Shown: positions 1 through 8,875 of the stretch, piece after piece | Layout: every line of letters begins with the position of its first letter | Numbering within the stretch: the first letter of the stretch is position 1 | IMG/VR virus record: IMGVR_UViG_3300042923_000201 | Location: 1 to 54,453 of that record | Direction: 5' to 3' (one strand) | Length of the DNA: 54,453 bases | Source: a virus | Lineage: Duplodnaviria > Caudoviricetes | The notes under the pieces: model-generated | What the model was told of the DNA's origin: nothing | Seen by the model: the letters and a program-made list of their open reading frames with translations, nothing else | Database searches by the model: none | Translations under genes and position numbers: made by a program

Positions 1-712
1 AGGTATATATAGTGTAGTATATTGTAGCCTGTTATACACAGTATATACAGTTGGTATAGAGGGTAGTTAATAGGGGGGAGGGGTATGGGTAGTACTGTAT
101 GTGTGGATAGTTACTGTATGAGTATGTGGTGTGGATACTGTCCTGTATTACTGCCTTGAATGTATCAACTGTAAACTATTTACATTAACAATCAGTCCCT
201 CTAATGGCAGTTCTTTACAGTTAATTTGCAATAATTAATTTACAATAAAGTTACAATAATGTTACAACTGTATAAATGTTAATTAATTACAATTCTTACA
301 GTTAGTTACTGTGAACCCTACCAACGGTGGAACTGGGAGATATTAGGTGCTGTCCAGTGTATTTACCATATATACATCAAATTTTACTTTTAGGGTACAA
401 TTATACAGTTCTCACAATCCCTTACAGTCCAATAAAGTACAATACAGTTACCTTACCCCCCACCACTGGATTTGACATCTACAACAAGGTAAATTCTGTC
501 CTAAAAATTTTTATACTATTTTATACTTTTGTGTAATTTATATAGTTGTATTACTGTTATACAGTTTATAGGGGTAATACAGTACTACCGTTAAACTGGT
601 TTAGCCAATTGTACAACTACATAAGGTTACATAGTAAGGTTGTAAAACTGTATTACAGTGTATATAGTACCTGTATAAATAAACAATAAAAATGAATGGA
701 GTGTATACATAT

Positions 713-1153
713 ATGTCAAGTACTAACGGTTTACCAACTCGTAAAAGTCGTAATTATGCAAAAGGAACATTGGATGCTGTCCAAACATTAGTTGCAGAAG
801 AAATAGCCTTCAAGCATCTTACAGGTAAGACAGAAGAACAAATAGCAGACGAACATAATGTAAGTAGGGTATCAATTTGGAGGTGGAAGTCACTACAGGC
901 ATTTAATGACCATATTAATACTGTTGTAAAGGAGTACCAAAGGAGTAACCTAGTGGACGTAAATGCCACCTTAATCGACATCCTAATCAACGGTAATGAG
1001 AAGTCAAAACTAAAAGCTATAGAACTTTATTATCGTACTCAAGGTATGTTTAAAGATAATTTGGAAGTTACTGCCTTAAATGGGGGTAATAAAAGTGATA
1101 TAACAGTGGACGACATTATGGCAGAATTGGATGATATTACGTTATTGGACTAG
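713..1153 (+). CDS. Putative terminase small subunit (N-terminal HTH)
   Basis: HTH-like KTEEQIADEHNVSRVSIWRWK plus KLKAIELYY segment typical of Firmicute-phage HTH/TerS proteins; no other terS candidate next to terL. Start moved from 692 to ATG 713 (GGAGTG RBS). Confidence 0.6.
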   Translation: MSSTNGLPTRKSRNYAKGTLDAVQTLVAEEIAFKHLTGKTEEQIADEHNVSRVSIWRWKSLQAFNDHINTVVKEYQRSNLVDVNATLIDILINGNEKSKLKAIELYYRTQGMFKDNLEVTALNGGNKSDITVDDIMAELDDITLLD

Positions 1154-1163
1154 TGGTATTACT

Positions 1164-1361
1164 TGTACCATTTACTGGTACAGGTGTTACAATAACTGGT
1201 ACACGGGAAGAATGTAGTAATACCAGTACTTTAACCCACTTTTAAACTCACCGTGTACCATTTACTGGTACTAATATATATATAGTACTGTATTATTGTT
1301 CTTTTAAATACTGTTAATACAGTAATAAAAGATATTACAAAAACAGAAACTGGTACACGGT
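1164..1361. repeat. Iteron-like element, copy 1
   Basis: Palindromic TGTACCA-N5-TGGTAC boxes at 1164-1182 and 1254-1272, ACTGGTACACG repeats and an AT-rich spacer; colinear with 28599-28781. Confidence 0.85.
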
Positions 1362-1373
1362 AAAAAAGGTATA

Positions 1374-1427
1374 AAAAAGTAGTGAGATAATCAACTGGAT
1401 TAACAATTAAAAACCTCACTACTTTTT
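1374..1427. terminator. Probable bidirectional terminator
   Basis: AAAAAGTAGTGAG / CTCACTACTTTTT inverted repeat between convergent transcription units. Confidence 0.55.
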
Positions 1428-1487
1428 ATTTACAGTTATATAATTATTTTACAGTTATATAATTCTATGTAGATGTAACAACAATCA

Positions 1488-1769
1488 CTACATTAATTCA
1501 TCCAAAGAAACTGGTTCTACATAATCCTCTAAACCATTTGTAGTGAATGAAAAGTCAGTTATTATTACTTTGGACTCTCCACCAAATGTTTCCAGTAACC
1601 CATCCATTACTAAATCATGGATTGTTTGGTGTAGTTTTTCTTTATCCTCTAACAATTGTTGTGTTTCTTGAATCTCGCCTTCCTCAATAACCTCTGTATA
1701 TGTGTTTTGTACATTATACCGTATATCCATTGTAATTTTCTTTCTCTTACTGTTTTCTTCTACTCTCAT
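1488..1769 (-). CDS. Hypothetical acidic protein
   Basis: 93-aa ORF with AAGGGG RBS, last gene of the leftward cluster. Confidence 0.65.
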   Translation of the reverse strand: MRVEENSKRKKITMDIRYNVQNTYTEVIEEGEIQETQQLLEDKEKLHQTIHDLVMDGLLETFGGESKVIITDFSFTTNGLEDYVEPVSLDELM

Positions 1770-1805
1770 TCTGTAAATCCCCTTTTACTTTTAATTTATT
1801 TTACT

Positions 1806-1970
1806 TTAACCTAAGTAGGTAAGTACTGCTAACACATTAAATACAAATAATACTAGACCCACAAAAACAGTAGAACCTTTCCCATTTACACCACCTACAA
1901 ACATTGTGACTAATCCAACTAACAAAAGAAATATGTTAATTATATACAAAAAAGCAAACACTGCCACCAT
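1806..1970 (-). CDS. Small two-TM membrane protein (54 aa, not in ORF track)
   Basis: Hand translation MVAVFAFLYIINIFLLLVGLVTMFVGGVNGKGSTVFVGLVLFVFNVLAVLTYLG; AAGGAGG immediately upstream, so the true start may be the GTG three codons in. Confidence 0.65.
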   Translation of the reverse strand: MVAVFAFLYIINIFLLLVGLVTMFVGGVNGKGSTVFVGLVLFVFNVLAVLTYLG

Positions 1971-1989
1971 CCTCCTTCCTCTTTTACTT

Positions 1990-2067
1990 TTAATTTAAAG
2001 ATATAAATAATAATATGCCACATAAAATCCATCCAGTACAAAAACCTATATAAAAATCATTATCCAC
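1990..2067 (-). CDS. Small hydrophobic peptide (25 aa)
   Basis: GTG start 7 nt after GGGGG; MDNDFYIGFCTGWILCGILLFISLN. Confidence 0.5.
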   Translation of the reverse strand: MDNDFYIGFCTGWILCGILLFISLN

Positions 2068-2255
2068 ACTACTACCCCCGTTTTATTTTTTAGGTACAGT
2101 ATCTAGCGTACTCTTCTTTTTATCCATTTAAGGTGTTTTTAAGACGTTTAGATACTGTACCTAAGTATTTATATTAATCAGTTGTTTAAACACCCCTTAA
2201 GAGCCTGTTAGACCCCTTAAAACAGTATTAGAGGTGTTTATTTAAACTGTGATTG

Positions 2256-2519
2256 TTACTGTAGTACCTTTTTAAGTACTATTTTGTTAAATAACTCTCT
2301 AGCTTTCTCTATTTCTGTAAGGTATTCAGTATACCCTACAAACTCAAAATCCCCTACATGGTTTAACTTTGGTTTACAGGTTACGACATACATTTTACTG
2401 TCTTCTCTCTTACCCATCACTGTATATAATAAATATGTCCTACCTTTACCTACTGCCAACACTTTATATTCTCTGTTACCACACAATATGTATTCCCCTG
2501 TCTTAACGCTCTTACTCAT
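2256..2519 (-). CDS. Hypothetical protein
   Basis: 87-aa ORF, GGGAGAGG RBS, in operon. Confidence 0.7.
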   Translation of the reverse strand: MSKSVKTGEYILCGNREYKVLAVGKGRTYLLYTVMGKREDSKMYVVTCKPKLNHVGDFEFVGYTEYLTEIEKARELFNKIVLKKVLQ

Positions 2520-2545
2520 TTACAACATTCCTCTCCCACTTTTAA

Positions 2546-3343
2546 TTACAAATATTTTAATAACTTTTCTTCACCAAAGAACTCAACAGCTTTTTCTGCT
2601 ATTTCCCTAGAACTAAAGTATATTGTCTTAGAACGTCTAATCAAACATGAAGGTTCCACATATAACTTAGGTTCTTCCTCATGATAAGATATAGCAAGTG
2701 AATATCTGTTGCAAGAGGCATCTGTCCAATCAATAGGAGTCTCATTGTTTACAAAAGCAAAGTGTCTCAACTCTCTGTCCAACTTTATTACTTCTACTGC
2801 AAATTCTGCATCTTCCTCAGTTGGGAAACAGTTACCTAATTCAAATTTTGCTCTGTCTACACCAAAGTCACCATTTGTGTCATAAGCCACATCACCCTCC
2901 ATATCTATGTAGTAAAACTCTCCATTAAACTCAGGGGTAAAGAATGTATTTTTATTCAGTCTTTCTTTTTCTTTTTTTAACTCTTCCTCTTCTTCTTTAA
3001 TAACTTTTGATAACCTGTCACTTATTTCTTTAGTCTTAACTTCTAATTCCAGTAATGCTTTTTCTAAATATTCTTTCTCTGTTTTAGTAGTAACCTGTAA
3101 GTCCTTACTAAATCTTGTACTTATGTTATACCCATATCCAGTAGGTACTAGTCCATCACAGGTGTGTAGCTCCACTTCTCTTCCCTTTGTTTTATCCCAT
3201 TCTATACATAAATCACATGACCACGCACTTAACCCCATAAATGTACCCGTTTCTCCAACTTCAAAATCAATGCTACTTTGTTTAAAACCCCTTATTACTA
3301 CAACTCTGTCCCCAACTTCTAATTTTTCCACATCTAACCCCAT
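2546..3343 (-). CDS. Hypothetical protein with N-terminal KOW/SH3-like barrel and coiled coil
   Basis: LEVGDRVVV...FEVGETGT module paralogous to 4181..4963; tight operon spacing. Confidence 0.75.
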   Translation of the reverse strand: MGLDVEKLEVGDRVVVIRGFKQSSIDFEVGETGTFMGLSAWSCDLCIEWDKTKGREVELHTCDGLVPTGYGYNISTRFSKDLQVTTKTEKEYLEKALLELEVKTKEISDRLSKVIKEEEEELKKEKERLNKNTFFTPEFNGEFYYIDMEGDVAYDTNGDFGVDRAKFELGNCFPTEEDAEFAVEVIKLDRELRHFAFVNNETPIDWTDASCNRYSLAISYHEEEPKLYVEPSCLIRRSKTIYFSSREIAEKAVEFFGEEKLLKYL

Positions 3344-3345
3344 TA

Positions 3346-4179
3346 TTATTTTTCCCCCTTAATCTTTAACTGTCCTTTTTTGTGTCCCAATAATTCTTCA
3401 ATTTCAGCAACAGTTAAAACTATCTCAGGTGCTTTTTCCCAAACTACATCATAGTATATATCAGGTGTAAATTTATGTAAACAGCTTTTAGTAGTAGTTC
3501 TAAATACTTTTACAATATCTAAATCACTATCCCCATCCTTATCCATTAAATCCTCTCTGTAGTTAGATAATCTATTAAATGTACCTGTAGCATCACTTAT
3601 TATGTCTGTGATTACCTTTCTAAAACTTCCCTGTGCATACTCAACAATATCCCCCTGTTGTAAGTCACTTAACCCAAATTCTTTTAATTCTTCTTCCTCC
3701 AACACTGGTTCCACCTCTACTTTTGGCACAGGACTAACTATTTTACCTACAAACATTCCTTTAGTCCAAACACAACCTCTTCCTTTACCATCTATATTAA
3801 GTCTATTTTTAAAGTAATTAATAAAACCAGTTATTGTAGCCACAGTTCCTTTACACTCAGCCATTTCACTATTAATATACACATCATTAATATAATCTCC
3901 ACTATGTATATCATCCCTAATTAATAATTTATCTCCAACTTCATACTCTACTGTATCTCCGCTTAAAACTTTTCCAACAAACATATCATCTGTCCAACCA
4001 TAAGAGTTGTCCTCTTTTAATATGTAACCTCTGTATTCTTTGCGTTCAATTGTAACCACTTTACCCCTAAACTTCTCCATTTCTACTACAAACCCTTGTC
4101 CACCATATTCATTAAAATTTTCTAAATCAGTCCTTATTAAAACCTTGTCCCCAATTGCATAATCATTTGCTATAAACAT
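3346..4179 (-). CDS. Hypothetical protein with tandem SH3/KOW-like repeats and shared C-terminal tag
   Basis: Two repeats (IGDKVLIR...WTDDMFVGK / VGDKLLIR...WTKGMFVGK); ends LTVAEIEELLGHKKGQLKIKGEK. Confidence 0.75.
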   Translation of the reverse strand: MFIANDYAIGDKVLIRTDLENFNEYGGQGFVVEMEKFRGKVVTIERKEYRGYILKEDNSYGWTDDMFVGKVLSGDTVEYEVGDKLLIRDDIHSGDYINDVYINSEMAECKGTVATITGFINYFKNRLNIDGKGRGCVWTKGMFVGKIVSPVPKVEVEPVLEEEELKEFGLSDLQQGDIVEYAQGSFRKVITDIISDATGTFNRLSNYREDLMDKDGDSDLDIVKVFRTTTKSCLHKFTPDIYYDVVWEKAPEIVLTVAEIEELLGHKKGQLKIKGEK

Positions 4180-4180
4180 A

Positions 4181-4963
4181 TTATTTTTCCCCCTTTATTT
4201 TAAGTGAATCTTTAACATACCCTAACTTTTCCTCTAACTCTCTTACAGTTAATTCAATTATTTCTACAGGTCTTTTAAATACTTCTACGTATACAGGTCT
4301 TTCAACTTGTACAACATCTAATGCTGAACCACCTGTTCCTGTACGGGTTAAATCTTCCGCATAGTAACTTAAACATCTACCGTTAGCATTGTTTAATCCT
4401 TCTGCATTGTTTTCGTCAACCATAAACAGTTCATCACCATTTCTTAATGTTAATTTGTCCCCAACTTTTACTTCACTCTTACTCATTAATGTTTCTCCCA
4501 TTCTAATTACCTCCATATTTTTTATATACATATCACTAATGTAAAAACAACAATTTTCTCTTCTATCTCCAAACTCTTTGTCCCAAAAGAATCTAACATT
4601 TGTGAAATCCCATTCCACAGTAAAATCATATGTACGTATATTCAATACTGTACCAGTGTCACCTACACCAAACTTCATACCACCTTGTTCAAATGGTATT
4701 ACCACTGTAATTCTGTCCCCAACTTCTATTAATACTTTCAGACAATCTCGATTCTCCCAATAGATGTCATAACCTGTACCCTCTTTACACACCTCACCAC
4801 AGTTCCACAAATGCTTGTGTGTAAAATCCCATTGTATTGATATGTAATCATCCTTAATTGCTTTAATTGTACCTGTTTGTCCAACTTCAAAATCAATACA
4901 ACTTTGTCTAAAATCCCTTATTACTTTTACCTTGTCTCCTACTTTAAAACCTGTACTACCCAT
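4181..4963 (-). CDS. Hypothetical protein with tandem KOW/SH3-like repeats and shared C-terminal tag
   Basis: Repeated VGD..V..F.Q....F.VG.TGT..WDFT modules; ends LTVRELEEKLGYVKDSLKIKGEK. Confidence 0.75.
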   Translation of the reverse strand: MGSTGFKVGDKVKVIRDFRQSCIDFEVGQTGTIKAIKDDYISIQWDFTHKHLWNCGEVCKEGTGYDIYWENRDCLKVLIEVGDRITVVIPFEQGGMKFGVGDTGTVLNIRTYDFTVEWDFTNVRFFWDKEFGDRRENCCFYISDMYIKNMEVIRMGETLMSKSEVKVGDKLTLRNGDELFMVDENNAEGLNNANGRCLSYYAEDLTRTGTGGSALDVVQVERPVYVEVFKRPVEIIELTVRELEEKLGYVKDSLKIKGEK

Positions 4964-5007
4964 TGTTTCTACACCCTCTCTTTAATATGTACTTTTAACT
5001 TGTTACC

Positions 5008-5036
5008 ATCATATACCAATTTGTGTTAACTGTCAA
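5008..5036 (-). promoter_or_regulatory. SigA-type early promoter
   Basis: TTGACA-17-TATGAT on minus strand. Confidence 0.75.
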
Positions 5037-5053
5037 GGATTATTTTTATTATT

Positions 5054-5269
5054 TTAGCATCTGTCTAAATCAGCATTAAATTCAAATTCATCACATACAT
5101 AATCTAAATCTACATGTTCTCCAATATCCAAATAACAGGTTCCAGTATTTAATACATTAGAAGTAATTGTACAGTTACCACACCATTTACATGTCTGTTT
5201 ATATTCCAACAAATGCCACACCATTCCACCCAAAGTATTCTCTATTACTATTCCATGCATCTTTAACAA
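5054..5269 (-). CDS. Small Cys-rich protein (start uncertain)
   Basis: CKWCGNC...C...C; overlaps the upstream gene so the true start is probably further downstream. Confidence 0.5.
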   Translation of the reverse strand: MLKMHGIVIENTLGGMVWHLLEYKQTCKWCGNCTITSNVLNTGTCYLDIGEHVDLDYVCDEFEFNADLDRC

Positions 5270-5672
5270 TACCTGTGGTTTGTTTTAACTCTTCAAATAC
5301 TACACTCACTGCCTCTAACGGTGTATCCCTGTGGTGACAGAAGCTCCTTAAAATACCGTCCTCTTTAATTTCAATATGTGGGATACTTACATAAAATTTA
5401 TGTGTGCATGTTGAATATGCTAACTGTACATCTCCTAATGGTTTCATTAACTCTATCATTTCTTTTACTGTTAATACTACCAACACAACTTCTGACCCAT
5501 CTACTTGATTATTACAGTTAGGGCAAACGAAAGAACAGTACTCCACATCATCATCATCCATAATAGATACACAGTTGCCACCAAAAACTCCCTCAGTAAA
5601 CCTGTCCCATTCTGTACTCAAACTACTTTCCCCACAATCAGGACACTCAAACTTTTTATTTTCTTTACTCAT
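5199..5672 (-). CDS. Zn-ribbon-containing hypothetical protein
   Basis: CPDC...CPNC pairs; start taken at MSKENKK (AGGTG RBS). Confidence 0.7.
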   Translation of the reverse strand: MSKENKKFECPDCGESSLSTEWDRFTEGVFGGNCVSIMDDDDVEYCSFVCPNCNNQVDGSEVVLVVLTVKEMIELMKPLGDVQLAYSTCTHKFYVSIPHIEIKEDGILRSFCHHRDTPLEAVSVVFEELKQTTGIVKDAWNSNREYFGWNGVAFVGI

Positions 5673-5674
5673 TT

Positions 5675-6298
5675 CTAACCACACCTTTCAATATCTTTTA
5701 ATTTATATTTTAATTTACTTAAAGCCACTTTATTTGTACGACTGATATGTGCCTGTGATGTACCTAGTTTATGGGATACCTCTACCTGTGTCAATCCCTG
5801 TATGTATAATAAGTCCACTATTTCTCTATGTCTAGGCGGTAAAGATTGTACTGCCATATGTAATACCGACTTTTCTTCCTCTAATAACAATTGTGAATCT
5901 ACTGGTGCATCCTCACTTTGTACTATCTCAACTAATGATAAATCACTGCCATCTTTTGTAGGTATTTTATTGTCTAATGATACTGTATGTATATGCCTTC
6001 TCTTTTTAGTTCTTAATACATCATTAAGACCCATGCTTAGTACAGAGTAAGCAAATGTAGTAAAATGTAAACCTCTGTTTATGTCAAAATCCTTTATTGA
6101 CTTTATGAGTAGTAGCTTACAGATAGATAACAAGTCCTCATGTTCCTCACCTATATTACAATACTTATGTGCAAACCGTTGACATATCTTTTCATTTATC
6201 TGTATTAACTTCCACAAATACTTGTCCTTATTTGTCTGTTTAAAGAGTTTCATGTACCCTTTGTTCAACCTATTGTAACTTGTCGGTATAACAATCAT
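5675..6298 (-). CDS. Phage RNA polymerase sigma factor, sporulation SigF/G/K-like
   Basis: Region 2 EDLLSI..L.LIKSIKDFD..RG.HFTTFA and region 4 LTQVEVSHKLGTSQAHISR. Confidence 0.85.
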   Translation of the reverse strand: MIVIPTSYNRLNKGYMKLFKQTNKDKYLWKLIQINEKICQRFAHKYCNIGEEHEDLLSICKLLLIKSIKDFDINRGLHFTTFAYSVLSMGLNDVLRTKKRRHIHTVSLDNKIPTKDGSDLSLVEIVQSEDAPVDSQLLLEEEKSVLHMAVQSLPPRHREIVDLLYIQGLTQVEVSHKLGTSQAHISRTNKVALSKLKYKLKDIERCG

Positions 6299-6331
6299 AT
6301 ATGTATGTCCCTCATTTCTGTTTTTTTTATC

Positions 6332-6493
6332 TTACAGTGATACATAAATTGCCCCAATAAGCGCAATGAATAATAATATAAAAGTAAGACAGGCAGAACT
6401 TGATACCCATACAAATATATATACTAGTGCAAAAAAGCTAACAAATGTGATGGTTGCCAGTAATAGTGCCTGTCTTAATCTTTTAAAATCCAT
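6332..6493 (-). CDS. Small two-TM membrane protein
   Basis: Hydrophobic ORF; start moved to MDFKRL with AAGGGG RBS. Confidence 0.6.
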   Translation of the reverse strand: MDFKRLRQALLLATITFVSFFALVYIFVWVSSSACLTFILLFIALIGAIYVSL

Positions 6494-6516
6494 ACCTAAC
6501 CCCCTTAAGTAAATTA

Positions 6517-6699
6517 CTAGGTTATCACATATACAATTATGACTGAGTGATACCAACTATTTGATGTTTCTTTTATATTATGTGTAACGCTCGTTATATT
6601 AAAATCTTGTCCATTTTTGTTTGAATCAGCAAATTCATTAATTTGTTTTTCTATATCTGTAAGTGAAGTACTTTCAAATACTTTTACATTTGAATCCAT
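6517..6699 (-). CDS. Hypothetical protein
   Basis: 60 aa, GGAGGG RBS; VKVFES...IEKQINEF...SVIIVY small phage protein pattern. Confidence 0.65.
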   Translation of the reverse strand: MDSNVKVFESTSLTDIEKQINEFADSNKNGQDFNITSVTHNIKETSNSWYHSVIIVYVIT

Positions 6700-6712
6700 G
6701 TTTTATACCCTC

Positions 6713-6967
6713 CTAATCAACAGTAATCACTTCAACATTTAACGATTCCACCCTGTTAGTATATTGTTCTTTTGTGACCCAACCAAATTTAAAATCGTCG
6801 GCACTAAAACCATCTTTTTCAATTAGCTTTATTAACTTGTTCCTAAATGGTTTTTCATCTATTTCACAATCAAATGGTTTAGTGCAATCCTCCAAAGTTA
6901 TTACAGCAGAATACGCTACCTTATCATCCACAGTGGCTCCATAATATATCTCTAACTGGTAAATCAT
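6713..6967 (-). CDS. Hypothetical protein, first gene of leftward early unit
   Basis: 84 aa, AAGGAG RBS downstream of promoter 7011-7039. Confidence 0.7.
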   Translation of the reverse strand: MIYQLEIYYGATVDDKVAYSAVITLEDCTKPFDCEIDEKPFRNKLIKLIEKDGFSADDFKFGWVTKEQYTNRVESLNVEVITVD

Positions 6968-7010
6968 TTATATCACTTCTCCTTTACTTTCTGTTTTTTA
7001 ACTTAAACCT

Positions 7011-7039
7011 ATCTTATACCAATATTACCCTTATGTCAA
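7011..7039 (-). promoter_or_regulatory. SigA-type early promoter
   Basis: TTGACA-17-TAAGAT on minus strand. Confidence 0.7.
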
Positions 7040-7134
7040 GGTATATTTTAACTTTTTATTTATTTAATGTTGTATTGTTTAATACCAGTACCATTACCTT
7101 TTGAATAACACGGTGGGGAGAGGGATTAAACACA

Positions 7135-8850
7135 ATGGGAATTACAAACTTAAATATACCTGATACTGTACAGGACAGGTTAAATGACTTAGCAACTACA
7201 GTAAGGAAGTTAGCATATGTAGCTAAAACAGAAGAACTATCTCAACAGGAGTTAACAAGTACTTTAGAATCCATTAAGAAAGTAAAACAGGAATACAGGG
7301 TATTAAGAAGTGAATATGATGTGTTGTATTTTGCGTATGAATACTTTTCAGATACATATAACATAGATAATGACAATAATCTAATACCTGATATATACAC
7401 GGTTAATAATGCACCTGACTTTCATGGGGAGTTGTGCGGTTTTCTTAATACATTAAATGACAATATTACTCAACGTATATGTTGGTCTGTACCCCGTGGA
7501 CATGCTAAAAGTGCTTACTTATCTAACATATTTCCAGTACATCAGATAATTTATAAGAAACGTCATTACATATTGGTAGTGTCAGAAACAGAGAGTATGT
7601 CTCAAAAGTTTATAGAGTGGATAAGTGGACAACTAAAGTATAACAAGAAACTACGGGAAGATTTTGGAGAGTTACTACATGCAAACAAAATGGCAAATGA
7701 TACAGATAATACCAATGCCTTTGTAACTACCACAAACATTCTTATACAGTCTGCCTCTATAGGTAAACAGTTAAGGGGTGCTAGACATGGTGCTTACCGT
7801 CCTGACTTAGTAATACTGGATGATTTAGAGTCTTCCAAAAACACTAACACAAAAGAGTTAAGAGAGAAAAACCTACATTGGTTCAACTCAGTAATAATGC
7901 CAATTGGTGACATTACCCGTACAGCATACATATACATGGGAACATTAGTACACGGTCAAGGATTGTTACCTGCTGTAATGAACAGGTCAGACTTTAGAAG
8001 TAAGTTATATAGTGCCATCCTCAGTGAACCTGTTAGACAGGATTTATGGGACGAACTAGACACTATATTAAGAGACGTAGAGAATGAAGACAGAGAAGAA
8101 GAGGCTGACAGATATTACTGGAATAACAAAGAGGCAATGGATGAAGGAGCCTTAACACTTTGGAATGACCGTTTTACATATTATGAGCTAATGAAAATTA
8201 AGGTTAATGTTGGGAGTAGAGCCTTTGGTAGTGAGTATTTAAACCGTCCTACTGATGATGAAACAGCAATATTTAAGTCCTCTTATATACAGTATTACGA
8301 TGATAAAGATTTATACTATGGTGATGGTAGACCAATGAACTTTGATATTTATAGTTTTTGGGATTTAGCTGTAGGTAAGAATGATAGAGCCGATTACAAT
8401 GCCATAATCACAGTAGGTAGAGATAGAAGAACAGGGGTATTATACGTACTGGATGCATGGATAAAGAAAGTACCAATGCACATAGCATTAGAGGAATCCT
8501 TTAAAAAGATACAGGAGTACAGACCCAAAGTATTTGGTGTAGAGACAATACAGGCTCAATATGAAATGTATAGACAGTTACAAGTAAGAGTAACTAAGGA
8601 AGGATTATACGGTACAAGAGTTAAACCAATTAATCCTAGAGGACGTAAAGAGGATAGAATAGAAACATTAGAGCCTTTAATAGAACAGGGTACAATTCGA
8701 TTTAAACAGAACCAAAGATTACTTATAGAAATGTTAATACAGTACCCCACACATGACCACGATGATGGTATTGATGCATTAGCTTCTGTTGTAGATTTAG
8801 CAGGTAAACAACGTAAGAGAAGTTATTACAATAAACCAAAAGGATATTAA
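7135..8850 (+). CDS. terL: Terminase large subunit
   Basis: Walker A VPRGHAKS, Walker B LVILDDLE, nuclease WDLA...DY and HDDGIDA motifs; precedes portal. Confidence 0.93.
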   Translation: MGITNLNIPDTVQDRLNDLATTVRKLAYVAKTEELSQQELTSTLESIKKVKQEYRVLRSEYDVLYFAYEYFSDTYNIDNDNNLIPDIYTVNNAPDFHGELCGFLNTLNDNITQRICWSVPRGHAKSAYLSNIFPVHQIIYKKRHYILVVSETESMSQKFIEWISGQLKYNKKLREDFGELLHANKMANDTDNTNAFVTTTNILIQSASIGKQLRGARHGAYRPDLVILDDLESSKNTNTKELREKNLHWFNSVIMPIGDITRTAYIYMGTLVHGQGLLPAVMNRSDFRSKLYSAILSEPVRQDLWDELDTILRDVENEDREEEADRYYWNNKEAMDEGALTLWNDRFTYYELMKIKVNVGSRAFGSEYLNRPTDDETAIFKSSYIQYYDDKDLYYGDGRPMNFDIYSFWDLAVGKNDRADYNAIITVGRDRRTGVLYVLDAWIKKVPMHIALEESFKKIQEYRPKVFGVETIQAQYEMYRQLQVRVTKEGLYGTRVKPINPRGRKEDRIETLEPLIEQGTIRFKQNQRLLIEMLIQYPTHDHDDGIDALASVVDLAGKQRKRSYYNKPKGY

Positions 8851-8875
8851 AAAAGTAAACAAGGAGGAAATAACA

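Noticed and set aside
327-536. 69-aa ORF at the left end
   Set aside because: No RBS, atypical composition, lies in the repeat-rich non-coding terminal region.
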